Notes: generated by a model from the letters alone, not told the origin. A stretch of 38,911 bases of DNA from Octopus bimaculoides (GCF_001194135.2 NC_068981.1:165799080-165837990); one strand, 5' to 3'; counted from the first letter of the stretch, positions 1-11,125 are shown. Numbers and translations are program-made.

Positions 1-35
<35 letters not shown>

Positions 36-270
36 TGCATATATATGTATATATATATATGCATATATGTGTGTGTGTATGCATGTATGTATGTATATTT
101 GTGTTAGTGTATATAGATATAGATACATACAGCCAGGCAGATTGATAGATAGATAGATAGATAGATAAATACATATACACACACTCATTTCCTCTCTTTC
201 TCTCTCTCTGTATCTGTCTATCTCTATACGTATGTGTGTGCATATATATATATACATATATATATATATT
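1..270. repeat. Compound microsatellite: (AT)n, (GT)n, (GATA)n, (CT)n
   Basis: Direct inspection of the tandem units. Confidence 0.9.
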
Positions 271-559
271 ATGAGTATGATCATACACGAACAGATAATG
301 CAAATTTTAAAATTTCATTTTTAATTTCATTTTAAATTTAATCAATTTTTTAATTTGTTATTTGAAGAATATTTCAATTATTATTTTCGATAAAAATGCT
401 ATTAAAAAATTGTTTAAAATATTAATAATCATATATCTTTTCTTTTTTGTTTTCATTCCAATAATTAAACAAAACATTCAATGTTAAAATGTAATGACAA
501 TTGGAAAGTGAAACAAAAATAATAATCATAAAATAAAGAAACAACTATGGAAACGGAAA

Positions 560-961
560 GACATTTCACTCAACTAATGCGGAAATGTGTTCAAAAGTGA
601 AGTGTTTAATTTGTCACCGTAAAGTGTCATTCGCCACCGTCACCATCACTGAGATATCAATAGCAGCACAGGAGTGTCGTCTAATTGATGTTTCAATTTT
701 CTACAAATCGCGAAGGTTTTGGCTTTGTAACACTCTGTGGTACCAACTAAATATTATGGCTAAATCATCGAGATACAGCGACCAATCAGCTAGTGCTTTA
801 TAAATAGCTTCTTGATGTGCTAAGCAAAAATAAAAATAATAAAACATTTTAGTATGGTGTTCGGAGGGCGTTTGGTATATAGGATGTCAACAAACTTTTA
901 ATTTTCGGTCGCTGGATAATCAGACCTGGATTTTTCTAACTATATCACCTTATTGGTAAGT
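560..961 (+). promoter_or_regulatory. Candidate promoter and first exon: CCAAT box followed by a consensus 5' splice site
   Basis: GACCAATCAGC at 780-790 matches the NF-Y consensus. TTG|GTAAGT donor with GT at 956-957. The region is CpG-rich relative to the rest of the window. No transcript evidence. Confidence 0.4.
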
Positions 962-2339
962 TTTACTATTTTCTTTCAGTTCCTCCCTCCATTTATGATA
1001 TTTACCCAAAGATTCTATTAAGATGTTGATGAATTCTAAATGTTTTAAGACGTATCGATCGCAAATGATGGTTGCTATTGATAACATTTGTTTTCTTACG
1101 ATTTGATTTTCATGTTACAAAGTATTATTTATAAATCAATGCGTGGCTTTTGCGTAATTTCTAGTCATCTAATTGCTGCTTTCAACAGAATATTATGTGA
1201 CTTCTCTGCTACATTCTTCAATAACAAATTCCATTTTAGCTCGGTTCTTATAGTTGGCCTGATACAAGTACTTCCCCATACCCTGTCTGAAAATAGTCGA
1301 TTTTTAGACAGACAACTGGATCTTGTATTAACGACTTGGAAACATGTTATAATAAACCTGATTGTATACGCGCACATATTAGAATTATAAGAGGTAAATA
1401 CCATTTAAAACTTGTATTTACATTTTCCGTATTACAGCTGGTGCTCTCCATACTGTATCATAAAGCACCGCGTTGCTTTGAAATGCTTAGTATTTTCCGT
1501 ATATTAATACATATATATTTCGACATAAGATCAACTTTCTTTTTTTTCTTGGCGAAGACCCTTTGATATATTTATAACCAATTAAATAGATGTTGTTTAT
1601 GCAGCTTTATTTTTATTTACAAATAGAATTGATATATATTTGTGTCTGCAATATAAAGAATATTTCAACAATTTCACCATGTACTTTCACCGACAACTTA
1701 TCGCTTTTTAATTAAGTTTATTTCACACACCTTTATTTCCATTTCTCTTTCATTCTCTTCCTCTACAATTTAATGGATTATATTGATAATTATCTAATAT
1801 TATTTATTTGTTTATCTATAAAAAAAAAACATTTTCGAATCTGGATGTTTGAAGGTACTTATATTTATCGCTATTTTCTACACAATGCAATCTGTGAGGC
1901 TGACTACACATCTGTCTGTTAGGCAGGCTTCTACAAGCATGCCAGCTCACCTCCTTGTCTTTACTCTGGCATCTTTTAATTCATCTATACAACTGTCTCC
2001 TGTCTGACTGTCATTCCTACTGTTTCGTGTCAGAAAAACAACCACTCGCATCTTCTCTTCAAATTACATTCCTTAGATACATCTATTCTTACACATCTCA
2101 GCATTTTTCCCCACCAACCTCTGTTTTTATGCTTTACTCCATTCTTGTAATAGCGTGTGTATGTGTGCCTTACCTTGTTTATTGACATGCAAGCTTTAGA
2201 TTATCAACAAACGGATTTCGTTTTTGCTTTCTAAACAAATCACAATTTTATTTGTTTATTTATTTATCAATCCCCAACAGTGCTAATCGACTTTTGTTAA
2301 ATATATTTATTACAATTATTATTAGTAAGGTACAAAACC

Positions 2340-2780
2340 ACATATTAGGTGCGAGGGCTGTAGTCGATTTAAGGGCAGAGGTAAGGAATACGAACACCAC
2401 CCGTTTTCGATCGTTAGGGTTACGCCGAAAATGGGTGGTGTGCGTATTCTTCACCTTCGCTTCGATTTAATCGATCTAAGTTCTCGACTTGTACTTCTTT
2501 CATCGGTCCCGGAAGCCAACTCCATTGTAATTTGAACTCGGAAATAAAGGAAGTATTTAGATACTGTGGTATATTAACCGAAACTGTTTGAATAAATTGT
2601 GCCGCACAAATGTAGGTGTCTTAGAAATCCATTTTCATGGAGCACTATAGAAACAGCTCTATTTTCTTGCGATTTCCTCCCACTTTTGACTATTTACCTT
2701 CGTCCAAATCTCAACGTGTTACTTTCTATATAAATATTAACAATAGTAAAAACTCAATTAGATGACTCACCTTATGTCTA
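2340..2780. promoter_or_regulatory. Second CpG-dense segment with ETS-like motifs and strong splice donors
   Basis: About 20 CpGs in 2350-2720 (manual count). CCGGAAG at ~2499 and AGGAAGT at ~2548. Plus-strand donor GAG|GTAAGG (GT 2381-2382). Minus-strand donor AAG|GTGAGT (exon end 2771). Confidence 0.4.
2364..2474 (+). ncRNA. Long imperfect hairpin (candidate pre-miRNA or structured RNA element)
   Basis: Arms 2386-2409 and 2426-2449 pair at 23/24 positions (one G-U, one A/G mismatch) around a 16-nt loop. Pairing extends outward with wobbles and A-C mismatches to about 2364/2474. Confidence 0.35.
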
Positions 2781-3464
2781 TGCGGTGTGTATGTGTAGAT
2801 ATTTAATTACAATTCAATCTGTTTCTTTCGAGAAAGCACTTGAACATTTAAGATGTTTATTCTTTTTTTTTTTTAATAAATTCTGATAAGTTTTAGAATA
2901 TCTCTTTTATCTCACTTTTGATGTATTTTTTATGTTATTGTTTTTGTATGATTTTTAAAAAGAAAATTGTATTCATTTTCTTTTCACAATTTAGTACTTA
3001 TTTTCCTGTTAAACGAAAATACTTGTTATGTAGATAACCACTATCTGAGCAGATTATAGTTGGAACTAAATCTTGAATTTTATTTGTTCATATGATCAGT
3101 GCCAATTTGTTTGAAACTATGTAGTCTGCTGCTGACTTGGCTACAAAGAAGAGAACACGCTGTGTTGTTTATTTATTTATTCATTTATTTTAAACTTACT
3201 ATTTCTCCGCTTATTTATAAGACAATAACAGGCAATGATAAGATTATAATTCGATTATAATTGCAAAATTAACGAGAAAACTTAAGCAGGATTTCATACA
3301 CATTACGTTTTTGTAATGAATATACATACCCAAAGGAATGCAATAGATAATGAATAAATAAGAATAGCTGCGTGTGGAGGATCTGAGCATTCTCAATCCC
3401 CCAATTACTCTTTACTCTTAGCAAATGTCTTTTCAATCTATTGTTCATGCTAAACTGAAGGTTT

Positions 3465-3643
3465 GAAACGAGCCAGCGAGTAAGTCTCAATGTCGTCGTT
3501 CGTATGCTAGAAATAGCAGCCAAATCTCACACATTACACAATACCGTTTTAGAAAAAGTATGTGGTCCAGAGTAAAATACGAGACGATCACGGCTGAAAG
3601 GACTTTGATCATAGTTAGTTCGATCAGGACTGACCTGGAGCTA
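3465..3643 (-). mobile_element. Unclassified retroposon ('family X') with a 13-bp TSD
   Basis: AAACTGAAGGTTT at 3452-3464 and 3644-3656. Contains motifs related to GAGATTTGGCTGCTATTTCTAGC and CAGGTCAGTCCTGATCGA that recur at ~3960-4040, 19430-19650, 21600-21780, 27980-28120 and 34430-34460. Confidence 0.65.
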
Positions 3644-4661
3644 AAACTGAAGGTTTCAACTTTTGTCATAAATTTTATCTGGGCAAAGTGAAGGATTCCT
3701 CGCTAGGAAGTTGATGTCATATACAAGTGTGTGTGTGTGTGTGTGTGTGATGCCTGTGTATCAGACGGGAAGACTTGACATCAGCTCTATCTCATTAACT
3801 AGTTTGCCTCATTTTCTATAATCACTGTATGTGATATCCATCTATGGAAAGGAAGTCAACCCGATTGAACACGCTTTGATCAGAAAATGTTTCAGCTGTA
3901 ACAAATCTGTATTTTTCTTCTTTTCTTTTTTTCAGTTTTAGTGCATCGTCCAATACACCCTTTCCTTTTTAAGGTGGAATGGTGTGATTTGTGAGAGATT
4001 TGACTGCCATTTCTAGCAAATAGATCAACCATATAGAGTAACCTAACAAGATAGTCCATCCGTGATAGAAGATATTCAACATAAAACCACTAGATTGTAG
4101 GTCACTGTACAAGTGCATGAAAGAAGGCTTTAATGGTATTCTCTCTCTCTTTCTCCCTTCTCATACACACACACACACACTTGTGTATGTGTGCTACTTT
4201 TGGCATTGGACAAAATAGTTAAGTACCAAAGAGTTATTTAATCAGTTGAAAGTACATGAGAAAAAAAATAATTAGCATTAACCACAGTTCTTGTCGATGA
4301 AGGCAAGGGAGATAATTCAAATGTTTAAATTGATTGAAAAATAGAAACGTACTGGGGCATAAGTTTGATCTTTGATAAGAACTATGTTAACTCTGGACAG
4401 GTTTCAGCTTTATCAGACCTACACAGCCAAGTGTAATCTAACACAATGGTTCTCAAAGTGTCTGATAACAGATCCTCACCAAAATATTAGAGAAATTCCC
4501 CAACACTTGTCTTTATCAGTGACATGATGGAGTAGAGTTTACATCCAGATAATATTTTCTTTTTTTATGTGAAAAATTCAGTAATCAGGCATTGTTAAAA
4601 TAATGACATTGTAAAAATTTATCAACAATGTCTTCTGCATGAAGAATATATAGTTAAGTGC

Positions 4662-4798
4662 AGGCTTCTTTTGGTTTTCATCAACCAAATCCACTCACAA
4701 GGCTTTGATTAGCCCTGGGCTGTAGTAAAAAAAGGCTTGCTCAAGGAACTGAACCTGAAACCATGTGGTTTGGAAGCAAACGTGTTAACCACACAGCA
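4662..4798 (-). mobile_element. tRNA/CORE-type SINE, 5' part
   Basis: Homologous to 5065-5225 (AAATCCACTCACAAGGCTTTG, GGAACTGAACCTGAAACCATGTG). Confidence 0.7.
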
Positions 4799-4844
4799 CA
4801 CATAAACATAAATACTTCACATGTTTTAGTTCACATTTATCTAT

Positions 4845-5030
4845 TATCTTTTACTTGTTTCAATCATTAGATTGTGGCCATGCTGGAACACAACCTTGAA
4901 GAAGTATTTTTTGTTGAATGAATCGACCCCAGTACTTTCGTTTTTTCAAGCCTGGTATTTATTTTAACTAAGTTATGGTGATGGAAACACAACAACACTG
5001 GTTGTCAAACAATGGTGGGTGTCATTCTCA

Positions 5031-5063
<33 letters not shown>

Positions 5064-5225
5064 CAGGATTCTTTCAGTTTCCATCTACTAAATCCACTCA
5101 CAAGGCTTTGGATCAGCTCGAGGCTATAGTTGAAGACACATGCCCAAGGTTCCATACAGTGGGACTGAACCTGAAACCATGTGATTGGGAAGCAAACTTC
5201 TTACCACACAACCATACCTGCACCT
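4845..5225 (-). mobile_element. Composite SINE: tRNA-like head, CORE-like segment, (TG)n, and a 3' module ending GAAACAAGTAAAAGA
   Basis: Same module order as the plus-strand copy at 17405-17780; internal (CA)n at ~5032-5062. Confidence 0.7.
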
Positions 5226-6285
5226 AGTCTAACATGTTTTCAATTAGATAACCAGCCTCAAAATTTGTAAAAAAAACAAAACAAAACCTGCATTGGTGGA
5301 ATACAGACGTAGCATATAGAGTCATATATTATAATTTTGACTAAATCTTGTACATTTTCAGTGTCTCATATACAGCTGCAGAAGGCATGTTTCTTTTTCT
5401 AATTTTATTTCTATAGGAAGGATGTGCCTATGACCTTCATAGAACCTTCAAGACTAGTGTGATTGATGTAGTTTATGTTTAGCTTGTTACATCTGTAAAT
5501 CAACACCCACAAATAATGTGGTTGGGTATGGAATTCTAGAGGATTGATGTTCTGAAGAGGAAATATTGGAATGAATTTTTAGTGCAGAGTCTTGTTGGGT
5601 GACACGCTATCGTTGGCATTGTATATTTCATTTCCTTTTATTGATAGACTTTAAAATACCACTATTTCTTCTTCTGAAGATTATCCTTTTGTTTAAGTAC
5701 ATCTATAAATTGTTGTTATTTTTTGGGAGGTGGGGAGTAGTTGTCCTTGCTTGAATAGAGCTTTTAACTTGTAAAATACAGCATTTCTTTTGCTTGAAAA
5801 CCAAGTTTTCTGGATTACTGTTGAAAATTTTCAAATTCTTCACCAGCCCTGAAACAAGATTTATTTAAACTTGGCACTGAATGCGCTTAAACATGTAGAG
5901 AATAGTCAGTTTTTAGAATAATGAACAAAGTTATTGCCTCTATCAATTTCTGTTTCATAATATCAGCATTACTCAATAGCTCACTATTTTAGCTTCATGG
6001 TTCTGTTTTTAATGTTTATTTTTGATAATATGCCAAAAGAAGACATGAGTCGAATAACATGTAACTTCATAGAATAGACATATCAAGAAAGGTGAAATGG
6101 AAGCAAAATGAATGAATGTTTCACAGTTTGAAAATATTTCTGAACATTTTACCTCTTCTATTTTCTGTTCGTGAATTTTATTTGTATTCTATTGATAGCT
6201 TTAAAAATAACAAAAATAGTTTTGTCTAAACATTCTTCTTTTGTTTGAATAGCCTGCTTTCTCTGCTCTTTTTTTCCTTCTCTCC

Positions 6286-6381
<96 letters not shown>

Positions 6382-6390
6382 TTATTTATT
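6286..6390. repeat. (CT)n-(CTAT)n-(TTTA)n microsatellite
   Basis: Direct inspection. Confidence 0.95.
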
Positions 6391-6873
6391 TATCTCAAAC
6401 ATAAATCATCATCAGCAGTTTCCATACTGGCATGGGTTTGATGGATCATCACAACTTATATCAGTTCTAATTTGGAATTACTACTGTCCTAGAGAATTAG
6501 AAGACCACGTCACACTCTTCTTTCTTTTCTTTTTTTTTTTTTTTGCATAGTTTCAATGACCAGATATCCATCCTATCATCAATTACTTTATAAAATGCTA
6601 CCCAATGAAATTGTAATAGTGTCTTAGGAAAGGTAATTGCTGATACTACAGGAAATAATTTCTTTTTTAATTACTTCCCCCAATTTCCTGGTGAGTCATT
6701 TTACTGTGGCTTCAGTATGGGAGAGGTTGTCATGTCCTTGACAACACATTGTCATCTGTTTACCATTCACTTCACTGGGTGTACTAAGTGTATTTTATCA
6801 TGGCACCAGCTCTAGAGTGGTTGCCTTATCCTCAGAATAAAAATCCTCTCTACTCTGTATCATCTCCATTTGT

Positions 6874-7101
6874 TTAACCTTTAAGTATTTAAACCAGCCA
6901 TGTCCAACCCAAATATTCTACCTATTTTATGTTTTAACCAGCCAGACCTGACCTCTCACACCTACTCTGCAATGTCATTCTAAAAATAAATAATCACATC
7001 ATCGAATTTTGAAACAACAAGGTAATGCATGATTAATTCAAGACAGTATGAATGAATAAGCATTTACATTTAACAGAGTAATATGAATGCTAAAGGGTTA
7101 T
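6874..7101. mobile_element. piggyBac-like MITE
   Basis: Ends TTAACCTTTAAGTATTT ... GAATGCTAAAGGGTTA(T). The body is homologous to the copy starting TTAACCCTTTAGCATTT at 15975. TTAA targets with CCC/GGG termini are a piggyBac hallmark. Confidence 0.65.
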
Positions 7102-7707
7102 GGCAACATGACCAAGCGGGTGAATTGAAAAGTGAGTGAAAGATAAAGAGAGATTATGGTGGGGAGAAACAAAGAGATAAGTAGGAAAGAATGATAAAGG
7201 TAGTAATGGAAGAGAGACATTGATTGGCAGCTATATTGTTAGTTCTGGTAAAGAAATTGAATAAGTATGAGTGACATATTAGTGGAAAAAAGAATGACAT
7301 GAAGAAAACAGGGTGGGGGAGGTGGTAGAAGAGGAAATAATGGAGATGAGGGAAATTGATTTATGTCAACGAGGGGTGACAGAGAGAGTATTGCGAGAGA
7401 GAAAATGGATAGCAATGAAGAAGGGTGATGTTAATTGGGTTGAGGTAAGAAGGAGAGAGAGAGAGCACTAATGATAGACAGCACTAAAGATGGGTAATGA
7501 TAAGTATTGGTAATAAAGATTAGTGATGGTGAGAGAGGGGGGGTTAATATATGACAGTAATAAAGATGGATGAAAGAGAATGTCAGGTAGTAATAAAAAT
7601 GGGTAATGGTAAGAGATTAAAAAGTCAAACTAGTAATAAAGAAATTTAAAAACAAAAGAAAACAATATTAGTCTGTGACCAATACTGTTTTCATTTTTTC
7701 CAATAAA

Positions 7708-8160
7708 TCATCATCAACATCATTTAGCACCCATTGTCCATGCTGGAGCATGGGTTGGATGTTTTGACCAATGTTGGCAAGCTGGAAGGTTGCACCAGAC
7801 CCCAGTCTGATTTGGCATGGTTTCTATTGCTGGTTGTCCTTCCTAATGCCAACCACTCTGAGAGTGTAATACGTGCTTTTATATACCATCGGCATGGATG
7901 CCATTTGCATGACTTTGGTATCTGCCATGACTGATTTTACTTCGCTTGATGGGTCTTCTCAAGTCAAGCACAACATTATGCCAATGATGGGTCATCTCAA
8001 GCACAACATTATGCCAATGATGGGTCTTCTCAAGCACAACATTATGCCAATGATGGGTCTTCTCAAGCACAACATTATGCCAATGATGGGTCTTCTCAAG
8101 CACAACATTATGCCAAACGTCTTGGTCATTGCCTCCATGAGGCCCAACAACTCTGAGCAT
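7708..8160 (-). mobile_element. RTE LINE 3' fragment (ORF end, 3' UTR, (ATG)n tail) containing a minisatellite
   Basis: Minus-strand peptide DQDVWHNVVLEKT aligns to DRDLWRCAVREKT at 38614-38760. The tail is homologous to 8363-8593. Confidence 0.8.
7947..8116. repeat. 33-bp minisatellite, 5 units (TGATGGGTCTTCTCAAGCACAACATTATGCCAA)
   Basis: Units start at 7947 (38 bp, extra TCAAG), 7985, 8018, 8051 and 8084. There are no spacers. Confidence 0.95.
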
Positions 8161-8593
8161 ATTTCTGTTATTTTTCTAACTTCAGCAGTATATAGCCTTT
8201 GTTGTATTTGATGTATTAGTAATGAAACCAGCTAGTATTTATGCAAGATTGTACATTGGTTGCCATAGAAAAATAGAAATGTTTAGAAATGAAATAATTT
8301 GAGCATGTTATTCACATGAAAGACTATAGTTAAGGTAGTCTTAGTGTCTGTAACATACTTAACATCATCATCATCATCATCGTTTAACGTCCGCTTTCCA
8401 TGCTAGCATGGGTTGGACGATTTGACTGAGGACTGGTGAAACCGGATGGCAACACCAGGCTCCAGTCTAATTTGGCAGAGTTTCTACAGCTGGATGCCCT
8501 TCCTAACGCCAACCACTCAGAGAGTGTAGTGGGTGCTTTTACGTGTCACCCGCACAAAAACGGCCACGCTCGAAATGGTGTCTTTTATGTGCC

Positions 8594-9515
8594 NNNNNNN
8601 NNNNNNNNNNNNNNNNNNNNNNNNNNNNNNNNNNNNNNNNNNNNNNNNNNNNNNNNNNNNNNNNNNNNNNNNNNNNNNNNNNNNNNNNNNNNNNNNNNNN
8701 NNNNNNNNNNNNNNNNNNNNNNNNNNNNNNNNNNNNNNNNNNNNNNNNNNNNNNNNNNNNNNNNNNNNNNNNNNNNNNNNNNNNNNNNNNNNNNNNNNNN
8801 NNNNNNNNNNNNNNNNNNNNNNNNNNNNNNNNNNNNNNNNNNNNNNNNNNNNNNNNNNNNNNNNNNNNNNNNNNNNNNNNNNNNNNNNNNNNNNNNNNNN
8901 NNNNNNNNNNNNNNNNNNNNNNNNNNNNNNNNNNNNNNNNNNNNNNNNNNNNNNNNNNNNNNNNNNNNNNNNNNNNNNNNNNNNNNNNNNNNNNNNNNNN
9001 NNNNNNNNNNNNNNNNNNNNNNNNNNNNNNNNNNNNNNNNNNNNNNNNNNNNNNNNNNNNNNNNNNNNNNNNNNNNNNNNNNNNNNNNNNNNNNNNNNNN
9101 NNNNNNNNNNNNNNNNNNNNNNNNNNNNNNNNNNNNNNNNNNNNNNNNNNNNNNNNNNNNNNNNNNNNNNNNNNNNNNNNNNNNNNNNNNNNNNNNNNNN
9201 NNNNNNNNNNNNNNNNNNNNNNNNNNNNNNNNNNNNNNNNNNNNNNNNNNNNNNNNNNNNNNNNNNNNNNNNNNNNNNNNNNNNNNNNNNNNNNNNNNNN
9301 NNNNNNNNNNNNNNNNNNNNNNNNNNNNNNNNNNNNNNNNNNNNNNNNNNNNNNNNNNNNNNNNNNNNNNNNNNNNNNNNNNNNNNNNNNNNNNNNNNNN
9401 NNNNNNNNNNNNNNNNNNNNNNNNNNNNNNNNNNNNNNNNNNNNNNNNNNNNNNNNNNNNNNNNNNNNNNNNNNNNNNNNNNNNNNNNNNNNNNNNNNNN
9501 NNNNNNNNNNNNNNN
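8594..9515. other. Assembly gap (~920 N)
   Basis: Run of N. Confidence 0.98.
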
Positions 9516-9914
9516 AGAGTTACTACCTACTCCTTTTCTACATACTGAGCAGGGCCATCTACCTGAAGGGGTTTGTGTTTTATCTACCTTCCTACTTATT
9601 AGGATTTTGGTTTTAGCTAGGTTGACTCTAAGGCCCTTCAATTCTAGACCTTGCTTCCACACCTGAAACTTCTCCTCTAGTTCTGATAGTGACTCCGCAA
9701 TTAGGGCAAGATCATCAGCATAGAGGAGCTCCCAGGGGCAACCTGTCTTGAACTCCTCTGTGATTGCCTGGAGGACTATGATAAATAAGAGGGGGCTGAG
9801 GACGGAACCTTGGTGGACCCCTACCTCTACCCAGAATTCATTGCTGTACTCATTTCCAACCCTCACCTTACTGGCAGCATCTCTGTACATGGCTCGCACA
9901 GCTCTCACTAACCA
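9516..9914 (-). pseudogene. Reverse transcriptase fragment of a non-LTR (RTE) retrotransposon
   Basis: GVHQGSVLSPLLF, LLYADDLALIAES and GLRVNLAKTK motifs, followed by WPCSVCRKGVGSNS. Open over the visible span, 5'-truncated, and runs into Ns. Confidence 0.92.
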
Positions 9915-10177
9915 GTTGTTGAAAAACCAGAAACTGCTATTTTTTCATTCAGGAAAAGTACCTTACTAGATATATTGTATTAAAAAAAGAACAATCTTCT
10001 TCGGGGCTAGGCAAAACAAAATTGCCTCCAGGAGCAACCATAGACCAGCAGATAAGTATTTTGCTGTAGTTCTGGCTAGTCACTCTTGTCATTTCTGAAA
10101 CAGGATTGAATCAGCCAGTCTAAGATATATAGAAATATTGTATAAGATATACATTGGTTTGCAATGTATATCTAGGG

Positions 10178-10463
10178 CAGGCCTGGCCAACTCAAATTAC
10201 ATTGCGGGCCCTTTAATCACAGAAAGCTTTTTGAGGGTTGCTTGTATACAGACAGAATTGAAAGCATTTTGCTTTCTCATGCTATTATTACAATAATGAA
10301 TGAAAGATTCTTGATTCAACATGAAATATTATTGTTGCAAAAACAGTAGTATCTTTTTTGCTTTTCATTACAATCTTTAATTTTTGCTAAAATTTTTTAA
10401 ATGTTTGTTTAAATAAACCCATTTCAGGAAAGTATCAAGTTGGCCTCAGGTCGGCCAGCCGTG
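10178..10463. mobile_element. hAT (Charlie-like) MITE
   Basis: Terminal inverted repeats (TIRs) CAGGCCTGGCCAAC / GTCGGCCAGCCGTG (11/14). 8-bp TSD ATCTAGGG (10170-10177) / CTCTAGGG (10464-10471), resembling the Charlie NTCTAGAN target. Confidence 0.7.
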
Positions 10464-10589
10464 CTCTAGGGTATAGAGCTGCTTCTATTGCATAATTTGA
10501 GTTAAGCTAGTGTTTGCATACTTTGTGTGTGGAAACTAGAAATAAATCTACAGTGAGAAAAAAAATATTAGTCAATGACTACTATTAAG

Positions 10590-10810
10590 TTTTTCTACCA
10601 TAGGCATGAGACCCAAAGTTTTTTGGAAATAGGCAAGTCAGTTACTTCAACCCCAGTGCTCAGCTGGTACTTATTTAATCAATCCTGAAAGGATGAAAGA
10701 CAAAGTCAACCTTGGTGGAATTTGTAAATTCCACAAGAATGTAAAACTGGAAGAAATGCCACTGAGTATTTTATCCTGTGCAGTAACTATTTTGCCAGTT
10801 TTCCACCTTA
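10590..10810 (-). mobile_element. Degenerate SINE of the 37496-37726 family
   Basis: CCCCAGTGCTCAGCTGGTACTTATTT...AGGATGAAAGACAAAGTCAACCT is the reverse complement of the family core. Confidence 0.7.
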
Positions 10811-10939
10811 ACTCATTGACTAATAATAATAGTTTCATTCTTATATATTTCAGGGGTTTACACTGAAACCTAAATTGTAAATGACATACAGTGAATTTAG
10901 TGTCATCATATTAAATGCAATTGGTCTAAAAAATTTGAT

Positions 10940-11075
10940 TAAGTATGCTTATGCATCAAAATCACATGGTTTTGAGTTTGATCCCTCTGTGTGGTCATCT
11001 TGGGCAAGTATAGCTTCAGATTAACCAATACCTTGGTGTAATTCAGTAGATAGAAACTGTACTGAAGCTTGTTGA
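10940..11075 (+). mobile_element. Degenerate tRNA/CORE SINE head
   Basis: CACATGGTTTTGAGTTTGATCCC...CTTGGGCAAGT; homologous to 5065-5225. Confidence 0.55.
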
Positions 11076-11125
11076 GTGTGTGTATGTGTGTGTGTGCGTG
11101 AGAGAGAGAGAGGGGGGGGGGGGGG

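Larger units (their letters stand above)
8363..9914 (-). mobile_element. 5'-truncated RTE-clade LINE spanning an assembly gap
   Basis: RT coding at 9516-9914; 3' UTR and (ATG)n tail at 8363-8593. I assume the two halves belong to one copy, but I found no TSD. Confidence 0.8.

Noticed and set aside
956-979. GTAAGT...TTTCAG as a 24-nt intron
   Set aside because: Too short for spliceosomal removal; the AG is probably incidental.
6652-6690. 39-nt candidate exon ending in a perfect CTG|GTGAGT donor
   Set aside because: The acceptor lacks a pyrimidine tract and the peptide is unrecognisable; it cannot be distinguished from chance.
7130-7640. Purine-rich GA/GAT-biased stretch as a coding or structured element
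   Set aside because: Low complexity, with stops in the frames I checked and no clean period.
7947-8116. CRISPR-like array (33-bp repeats)
   Set aside because: The units abut with no spacers, derive from an RTE ORF, and lie in eukaryotic DNA with no cas genes.
8436-9666. Long ORFs of 357-463 aa in the track
   Set aside because: They are mostly X from the N gap; only the minus-strand RT fragment (9516-9914) is real.
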